From positions 271,188,001-271,252,000 of the forward strand of contig OZ024741.1 of NCBI GenBank assembly GCA_964016885.1: a DNA stretch of 64,000 bases. The letters are read 5' to 3'. A program made the position numbers and the translations under genes. Below are positions 54,497 to 64,000 of the stretch, in pieces. Each line of letters opens with the position of its first letter. Position 1 is the first letter of the stretch. This DNA comes from Eledone cirrhosa. Its lineage: Eukaryota. The notes below the pieces were generated by a model, which ran no database searches, was not told the origin of the DNA, and was given only the letters and a program-made list of their open reading frames with translations.

Positions 54497-55240
54497 CCAC
54501 CACCACCACAACCACTATCACCAGCACCAGCACCACCACTACCACCAACACCACCACTATCACCAGCACCAGCACCACCACTACCACCAACACCACCACT
54601 ATCACCAGCACCAGCACCACCACTACCACCACCACAACCACTATCACCAGCACCAGCACCACCACTACCACCAACACCACCACTATCACCAGCACCAGCA
54701 CCACCACTACCACCACCACAACCACTATCACCAGCACCAGCACCACCACTACCACCAACACCACCACTATCACCAGCACCAGCACCACCACTACCACCAA
54801 CACCACCACTATCACCAGCACCAGCACCACCACTACCACCAACACCACCACTATCACCAGCACCAGCACCACCACTACCACCACCACAACCACTATCACC
54901 AGCACCAGCACCACCACTACCACCAACACCACCACTATCACCAGCACCAGCACCAGCAGCAGCAGCAGCAGCAGCACGACCACCACCACTACCACCACCA
55001 CCACCAGCTGCACCACCACCACCACTACCACCAGTATCACCAGCACCACCACATACCACCACTACCATCACCACCACCACCACAAGCATCAACACCACCA
55101 ACACCACAAGCATCAACACCACCAACACCACCAACACCAGCACCACCAACACCAGCACCAGCACCAGCACCAAAACCAACACCACCACAAGCACCACCAC
55201 CACCACCACCCTACAACACCACTCAAAGCACCAACACTAC
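54497..55240. repeat. (ACC)n-derived array with ~39-bp higher-order unit
   Basis: ccactatcaccagcaccagcaccaccactaccaccaaca units in two interspersed variants. Confidence 0.85.
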
Positions 55241-55457
55241 ACCCACTACACATGTATATGTATACTTGTATATATGTATGTGTGTATGTATGTATGTATG
55301 TATGTAAGTGTATATGCATATGTATATGTGTGTATGTATATATATATGTATGTATGTAAGTGTGTATGTGTATGTATATATATATATATGTATGTATGTA
55401 AGTGTGTATGTATATACATGTGTGTATTAAGTATGTATAGGTACATGTATATATATA

Positions 55458-55645
55458 TAATTGTTTCTACTTTTGGCACAAGGCCAGCAAAAACCCAGTA
55501 CATTACTGGTACTTTACTTTATCGACTTCATCATTAAGGATGAAAGACAAAGTTGACCTCGGCGGTATTTGAACTCAGAATGGCAAGGGCCGTAACTCTA
55601 TTCTGCAAAGCATGGCGTCCGACCCTCTACCGATACTGTCAATCC
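55458..55645 (-). mobile_element. SINE family A
   Basis: aattgtttctacttttggcacaaggcc..ggatgaaagacaaagttgacctcggcggtatttgaactcag. Confidence 0.88.
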
Positions 55646-55678
55646 ACACACACATAGATGCACGGATATGCACACATA

Positions 55679-56210
55679 CGAGGGGCGCTTCAAAAGGTTT
55701 GTGGAAATAGGAGGGTTGAAAAAAAAAACGGTTTAAGTTATGATGTTTATTTTTCAACATATGCTCCATCTAATACACTTCTGGAAGCGTTGATACCAGC
55801 CTTTAGGTCCATCTGTGTAAAACTGAGAGACATGCGCTTTAAACCATGTCAAAGCATATCTTTTCACATCCTCAACTGGGGATCATCTTCAACCTCATCT
55901 CTTCCACTTCTAAAACGACTTATCCATTTGTAGGTTGTTGATTTCTTTGGGGCATTGTCCCCATAAACTTGTTCCAGAGCGTCAATGGTTTGACTGCTCT
56001 TCCACCCTAGCTTCACCATGAATTTGATGGTTTGATGGCGGCCATGTTGCTCGAGCGGATGCTGGCCGCGTTGCAACATAAAGGGTTAAGGGTTCGTAGA
56101 ACATGTTATGGCACGTTAGTACAAGACGTACTGGCGGTATATTGAGATCAAAATCCCTGCATATGATTTTTAGCTATGTACTTTTTCCACGAACTTTTGT
56201 AGCCCCCTCG
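55679..56210 (-). mobile_element. Internally deleted mariner transposon
   Basis: TIRs cgaggggcgcttcaaaaggtttgtggaaa / tttccacgaacttttgtagccccctcg with TA duplication; IKFMVKLGWKSSQTIDALEQVYGDNAPKKSTTYKWISRFRSGRDEVEDDP is a mariner N-terminal HTH. Confidence 0.92.
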
Positions 56211-56475
56211 TATATGTAATAGTTTACTAATGAAACCTTAATGACATTCGAAACTATTATTTCAGCCGAACCTATAGGCATGTGATTAGAATGTCTCAGA
56301 AAAGAATCACTGGACAGATTTTACGAGCCAAACCAACCGGCAGGAGACCCAAGGGTAGACCCCGAGCAAGATTGTTGGATAACAGCAACAATAATAATAA
56401 CAACAAAAGTAACAAAAGCAACAGAACCAGCACAAGCATCATAGCAAGAACAACAACAGTAACACAAGCAGCAGC

Positions 56476-56518
<43 letters not shown>

Positions 56519-57082
56519 GCAGCAGCAGCAGCAGCAGCAGCAACACCAACAACAACGGCAACAACAACAACACCAACGATAACAACAACAGCAACAACAG
56601 CAACATCAACATCAACACCAACAGCAACAGCAGCAACTACCACAACAACAACTACCACAGCAGCAACAATAACAGCAGCAACAATCATAACAACAACTAC
56701 CACAACAACAACAACAACAATAACAACATCGCTAGCAATGTAAGAATTCTAGAAAGATCGCAGGTGAGAGTAGAATTATTTGGTGATGTAGTTTTTATAA
56801 GGCCAGCATCCGTTGCCAGGAGTAATTTCAATGACGATGTTATTGAGTTCACAACATAACTATACATTATTTAGGTTTGCTGCTGCAGGGCAGGGGGAGT
56901 CGACTGTATTGCCCAAGAATAAAACATAAAATTATACAACAGCTGGATAGGTTCAACACTTCCTACATTTAGATATTGCATTTATACGTGGCTCCGAATA
57001 CATGTAGATATTGGCATACAGACCGATAGAACTATATATTAAGAATGTGTATATAACCCTTACACACACACATACACACACT

Positions 57083-57125
<43 letters not shown>

Positions 57126-57365
57126 AAGTATATATATATATATATATATATTAGCGAGAATCGTATTTCGGCTATTGGAAATTAGCGAAAAACAACTTCC
57201 GAGATGTGTGGCAAGCGCTCCATAGAAGCTAATGAACTAGAGCTACAACATAAGTTAAAAGGCCAAACACACTGAGACGATGGTTAAACCATTATACGCA
57301 CAGCCATAGAAACGACCAAGTAATTCGGGTCAAACAAATAAAATATGATTGAAAAATACATATAC

Positions 57366-57490
<125 letters not shown>

Positions 57491-57566
57491 CTTAGGGTAA
57501 ATATTGATGCAATTCAATTCAAGCACTCAACGTACTTTTTCCACATAGGAGTGATGGAGTAAATAT

Positions 57567-57837
57567 CGAATAAGAAAGCGAAGTAGTTTCAGATGTTAAA
57601 GTCCTTTAGTAATAATTCTGTGATATATATTTCAATGACAAAAGTGGCCACACGGTTCGGGGCGTCCAGTTCTGTGGATTGCCTCGGAAACATAACCTTA
57701 TTATGTAACAAGCTGTCTGATGATGTCACGGAACTGGACGTACCGAACCGTGTGGCCACTGGTGTCATTGAAATATATATCACAGAATTATTATTAAAGA
57801 ACTTTAACATCTGAAACTACTTCGCTTTCTTATTCGC
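57567..57837. repeat. Fold-back palindrome (arms ~105 bp), PLE-like
   Basis: cgaataagaaagcgaagtagtttcagatgttaaag..ggccacacggttcgg / ccgaaccgtgtggcc..ctttaacatctgaaactacttcgctttcttattcg; ctgatga at ~57717. Confidence 0.85.
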
Positions 57838-57842
57838 TTTCT

Positions 57843-57904
<62 letters not shown>

Positions 57905-58047
57905 GTAGGAGGTGAGTTTTATTGTAGTACAATAAAGCAATGCAGATATCGGATAAGAAGCACTCTACAGTTTGTGGGACTGGAGTATGCATAATATAAG
58001 ATCAAAATATAAAATATATGGAACTCCTTTAACCATCTTTTGATCTG

Positions 58048-58100
<53 letters not shown>

Positions 58101-58101
58101 A

Positions 58102-58196
<95 letters not shown>

Positions 58197-58356
58197 TTGA
58201 AGACTGAAATCCAAAGAGGGCTCGAGGATAAATATATATCAAGTATATAAGAACCGTAGAGCAAATATTTATTACAGGTTAAAGTTTAAGCAAAGAATCG
58301 CTACTTTCACCCTTAACGGGATCTTCTGAAACTAACAAAGTCAATCCGTAAACGCA

Positions 58357-59572
58357 GGACAAACTGTAGTATAATAATTAGTATACTTCAATCTGGCTAA
58401 ATTTTTCTTTTGCAATATATATACAGATGTGTTGGTATCTGTGTTTCATCACTTACATATTAATTTATATACTGCTCAGGGGATACTTTTTCCTCATTCG
58501 AGCTGATTCCATTGTAAAAGAATTCATTACCTTATTAATTTTAACTGCTCCTAGTTTGAGCTGCAAACCGTCTCATATATACGACTGTTATTTCTAGCAG
58601 TACGGTTATGAGACTAGTTAGATACTGTAAAGCCATGTGCGCCACGCAGTCTTTTAAATTATTTAGAAGTGAAGCATATCAATTTGTCTCTGGATGTTTA
58701 CTGAGGAGAGCGGGACATGATATTCCTACACTTATTTAACTCGAAACATATTTGGATCTTAAAGTCTAAACTTATCTACGGAACAGGTTTGATTTTGAAA
58801 TTTAAATGTGTCTAAACATCACGGCCTTTTGGCAATACAGTTCGTCTCCGTTGATTTATTATTTTAAATCGATATGGACAAACTGTAGTATAATAATTAG
58901 TATACTTCAATCTGGCTAAATTTTTCTTTTGCAATATATATACAGATGTGTTGGTATCTGTGTTTCATCACTTACATATTAATTTATACACTGCTCAGGG
59001 GATATTTTTTCCTCATTCGAGCTGATTCCATTGTAAAAGAATTCATTACCTTATTAATTTTAACTGCTCCTAGTTTGAGCTGCAAACCGTCTCATATATA
59101 CGACTGTTATTTCTAGCAGTACGGTTATGAGACTAGTTAGATACTGTAAAGCCATGTGCGCCACGCAGTCTTTTAAATTATTTAGAAGTGAAGCATATCA
59201 ATTTGTCTCTGGATGTTTACTGAGGAGAGCGGGACATGATATTCCTACACTTATTTAACTCGAAACATATTTGGATCTTAAAGTCTAAACTTATCTACGG
59301 AACAGGTTTGATTTTGAAATTTAAATGTGTCTAAACATCACGGCCTTTTGGCAATACAGTTCGTCTCCGTTGATTTATTATTTTAAATCGATATGGACAA
59401 ACTGTAGTATAATAATTAGTATACTTCAATCTGGCTAAATTTTTCTTTTGCAATATATATACAGATGTGTTGGTATCTGTGTTTCATCACTTACATATTA
59501 ATTTATACACTGCTCAGGGGATATTTTTTCCTCATTCGAGCTGATTCCATTGTAAAAGAATTCATTACCTTA

Positions 59573-59577
<5 letters not shown>
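58357..59577. repeat. 519-bp tandem repeat, ~2.35 near-identical copies
   Basis: ggacaaactgtagtataataattag starts at 58357, 58876 and 59395. Confidence 0.95.
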
Positions 59578-59647
<70 letters not shown>

Positions 59648-60220
59648 AAGCAAGTAAACCAATCTTCTATGGTTTTGGAGATATACCCCCATTACCATAT
59701 ATATTTTGAAACTACATTGCCCTCTCGCCGTAAGGCACCAATCACATTCTTTCTGACTTGACCACTGCCACGTCACAGTTCTTAGCCATTTTGAATTCGT
59801 TTCTGGCGGGGATCATTTAAGAAAATTCTTCGTCCAAGTGAGTTTGTTTACTGATGATTTCGAAGCTCGGAAATTTTTCCTTGATCGGATATTTCTAAAG
59901 GCGAATGAAACCCTAAAGGGTAGAAACGTAATCCTGGTATGTTTATATGCATTTTTTCTTCTAACTTTAATTTTATACCTAATTGTGTATGGTTGACGGT
60001 ATATTTAATCGATTTCCACGTGCTATTGAAATGCTGGGTAAACATTCTATAGCTGTTGATCGCGAATAGATGGCTGTCATTTATTTATCTATTATTTCTT
60101 CATAGGTGCCTTTTAATCTTATAGCCTGGTTTAATTGGTTTTTTGTGTGGTTGATTATGCTAATTGGGAGAGGAAATTGTGTATATATCTTATCAAATGA
60201 TTCTATGGACATAATTTATA

Positions 60221-60304
<84 letters not shown>

Positions 60305-60550
60305 GTAATGGAAGCCCAGTAGTCTGGATAACCAAAGATGTGGGTTCGACTCCCATGTACGTCAATACTCATGATTTTCCATTTTTTATGAGGGTTTTAA
60401 ACCTCACTATCAGGCTAAAGTTTCTATAGTCAAATATACAGCGAAAGCCTCTATTTCTAACTTCGTTCGCTGTTTCAAAACAAACTTGATTATGTGCAAC
60501 CATGCAGTATTCTTCTTCCCCTTGTTTTTCATATATATATATATATATAT

Positions 60551-61092
60551 ATGGCTTGATTGGTGTAAGTCATTGTTTTGACTTTTCCTTTACTCCACGG
60601 ACAATATGTCGGCTTGTGTCAGACGCTGTGACCCCGGGTGGGCCAGTAGTACCGTCGGTTGGGGTCGAAACTGCCAAAGTCAATCTCGTGGCTGTCAATT
60701 TTTTTTTAAAGATTTCCCCTTAAAATAAAATTATTTCGTTCTGCCATGTTTTCGTTGTCTTCTCTTTATTAATTTTCCTAATTTTATTATATATATATAT
60801 ATATATACACATATTATTATATATATATATACATGTGTGTGTGTGTGTGTGTGTATGTATATATATATATATAATAAAATTAGGAAAATTAACAAAGAGA
60901 AGACAACGAAAACAGGGCAGAACGAAATAATAAAAATAAAAAAATTGAAAGCCACAAGATTGACTTTGGCAGTTTCCACCCCAACCGACGGTACTGGTGG
61001 CCCACCCGGGGTCACAGCGTCTGACACAAGCCAACGCATTGTCCGTGGGGTAAAGGAAAAGACAAAACAATGAATTACACCAATCAAGCCAT
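60551..61092. repeat. Long inverted repeat (arms ~220-240 bp) around a microsatellite spacer
   Basis: atggcttgattggtgtaa..gctgtgaccccgggtgggcc..aattttcctaattttattat / ataataaaattaggaaaatt..ggcccacccggggtcacagc..ttacaccaatcaagccat. Confidence 0.9.
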
Positions 61093-61435
61093 AACGGTTA
61101 CTCATAGACTTTTATACGACGTCAGGGAGAAGGTATTGTAATTTATAGCAACAATAGTCTCGTGGGATTGAAAAAGAGGAATAAAAAAGGAAAAAAAAGC
61201 AAGAAGAAGGATGTAAGATATCGTGTTAAAAATGTAATCCACTGAAATTAGTAAGAAGAGAAGAAATAACACGTTCGTCACAGATTGATAATAATAATAT
61301 TAGGAAAACTAACAGAGAAGACAACGAACAAAAACCTGGCAGAATGAAGAAAAATTTTTAAGGCGAAACCTTAAAAAATTATTTAAAAAAAAAAAGAATA
61401 TATATATATATATATATACACCCGTGTATATTTAC

Positions 61436-61536
<101 letters not shown>

Positions 61537-61585
61537 GGTTGCATATTTAACAATTTCTTTCACCGTTTCCTTTTCCTGTTATTCT

Positions 61586-61655
<70 letters not shown>

Positions 61656-61977
61656 GTTATTATTATTCAATTGTATGGTAACGTTGTTTGTGATTGCAAG
61701 CAGGCTTCTGGCTGTGTAACAACAGTGTACGAGCATGTCTTCTGTTCAGCAAACAGCGAGGTAGCTTCCGGATAAATACCAACACTGGCTGAGCACGTTT
61801 AGTTCTCTTACAATAAAGTCTATAAGAACCACAACAACAACATCAACAACAACACCAGCAACAGTGTAAAGCTTAATATGTTTGTTCTCACACCATCTCT
61901 GGTTAGCAACCCAATAAAAATAACACACATATAATATACATAATATGTATGATCTATATGTATGTATATACATACAA

Positions 61978-62047
<70 letters not shown>

Positions 62048-62107
62048 CACATGTAATATATATATATATAAATATATGTGTATATTTATACATATATATT
62101 ACATGTG

Positions 62108-62165
<58 letters not shown>

Positions 62166-62172
62166 CACATGT

Positions 62173-62207
<35 letters not shown>

Positions 62208-62412
62208 GGGTGAATATGTCTCCAAAAGAGAGAAAACACAATATCTGTTGCTAGAACCCAATAAAAACATACATACACCCCCACCACCGCATACACATAT
62301 ACGTACAATCTTATATAAATATATTATGTCTTCGTTCGGGGGAAGGTTTAAATATATTTTAAATACTTCTGGACCCATATGTATCTACCTGCCTACATAC
62401 CTACCTACCCAC

Positions 62413-62494
<82 letters not shown>

Positions 62495-62862
62495 CTCCCC
62501 TTCTCACTTCCTCCCGTTTGGCTTGTAGTGGGTCTCTTCTTGCTTACATCTCACTCACATCGGACGGTCTGTACCTCTCTCGCTCATGAAATCCACCCAG
62601 CTTATGCTGACCGGACAACCATGCTGCTTGTTTATTTTCCTATCTTTGCTTTGCTTTTATCCTTCTATGTTGTTTACTTGTCCCCCTCGCTTTACGCGAA
62701 TTACTGGTCCCCAATAACTTTTTTTAGTTATTGCTCGCACCAACCTGAGGTATATGATTCTAATGCGATGAAATACCAATGATGGTTGGAAAATCACTGA
62801 CGAAGGACTATCTTTATCATATGTAACCCATGTGCAACCGCGCAGTATTCTTCTTTCTTCTC

Positions 62863-62919
<57 letters not shown>

Positions 62920-63686
62920 AAAGAGTCAGGACCCCGACGGCTGAGTTCCGGCCGTTTCGACAGCTAGATCCGAACTAAGCCACCAGTATTAGGACGGCGG
63001 CAATCTAGCTGAACTTATCAAGGGGTACAGTCCATGCCAGCACCAACAGCTTTGCAAGAGATATCAACATGAATGGACCTGTTATTTTTATCTAAAGACA
63101 TTTTTTCCAATTCCAACCCGCCCGTCCCCTCAATCTATCTTATTTCTCATTTTTTCTTCTGATGATATTTTAGGTTAACGCTTGATATAGCAGGAAGAGG
63201 GTCTTAACGTTTCGGACGTTTCCTTCCATCCATCAATCCGTTTATCCAAGTAATTTAATCAAGAAGGCCTTTTTTATTCTCAAGGTGCCTATACTTCGTT
63301 CAGAAGCCAAGATCACGGTGGTTATTTTTTATCCCCTTTTTTTAATTTTTTTTTATTTGAGGAGATATGTTGAACGATGAGTAGTTAGTGGTGATGTGTT
63401 CTTTTATTGTGAGGAGTAAGGGTCGAATATTGTTGTTGATGTAGAATTGGCTGTACTTACCACATTCCAAACTATACATCACACAGGTAATAATTAGTGC
63501 TGGCCATGGGGCAATTGCTTAGGGTGCCCTTTCAGTCATTCTTTCTTTTTATTTTCCTTTCTCTCTCAATTCTGTTCTGATTATCACCTTGACAATCTAA
63601 TCCACTTGCATTGTATGGCTTTCTAAACAAACAAACGGACTTTTCAGTTTCATTTACTACAATGCTTCAAGCAAACTGTCACACCT

Positions 63687-63733
<47 letters not shown>

Positions 63734-63738
<5 letters not shown>

Positions 63739-63886
63739 AACGAGTAGGACCCCTCGCAGGGTGCGGGTGAAAGAACCCGCACCATGCGAGGGGTCCTACT
63801 CGTTCCTATTACCCACTCTACTACCCTAAGTATTGAGTACTTTAGTGCGTTATGGTCCACCTGGTTCCTTACCACATTTCCTTCGT

Positions 63887-63888
<2 letters not shown>
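63734..63888. repeat. Fold-back palindrome (63734-63809) plus shared tail
   Basis: ataggaacgagtaggacccctcgcagggtgcgggt-gaaaga-acccgcaccatgcgaggggtcctactcgttcctat; the tail matches 2402-2480. Confidence 0.85.
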
Positions 63889-63921
<33 letters not shown>

Positions 63922-64000
63922 GCATATATATATATTAATTCAAAATATTAACAAAAATAGACATTCATGTGATGAAGTATATTTTATTATACATATTTCA

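Noticed and set aside
54358-55209. Gly-rich silk- or shell-protein-like ORF (GGSGGAGAGDSG)n
   Set aside because: The (ACC)n-derived array is open in multiple frames and runs into (CA)n; without expression data it cannot be distinguished from a satellite.
56750-56775. Splice-donor-like caggtgagag
   Set aside because: No upstream acceptor or credible exon; such motifs occur by chance.

Overview
Repeat-saturated, AT-rich eukaryotic non-coding DNA (intergenic or deep intronic). The SINE families suggest an octopus/cephalopod genome (inference from recognition, not a search). No host protein-coding exon, rRNA or bona fide tRNA gene can be supported. Almost all ORFs in the track are translations of microsatellites. 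The real content is (TA)n/(CA)n tracts studded with transposon fragments: non-LTR clades CRE, R4/Dong, Hero, L1/Tx1, RTE, CR1 and Ingi/Vingi-like; a non-autonomous LTR element with a tRNA-Trp primer site; mariner MITEs; Helitron-like ends; two tRNA-SINE families; and Penelope-like elements (PLEs). The strongest structural signals are three. (i) About 15 fold-back palindromes, most next to (TA)n and many carrying minimal type I hammerhead ribozyme motifs, consistent with PLE pseudo-LTR insertions. (ii) A 519-bp tandem array with a hammerhead-like core (retrozyme candidate). (iii) A four-hairpin, kissing-loop RNA motif with compensatory changes at the end of three copies of an RTE-related element, which fits no ribozyme class I can recognise. 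Boundaries of decayed elements are approximate.
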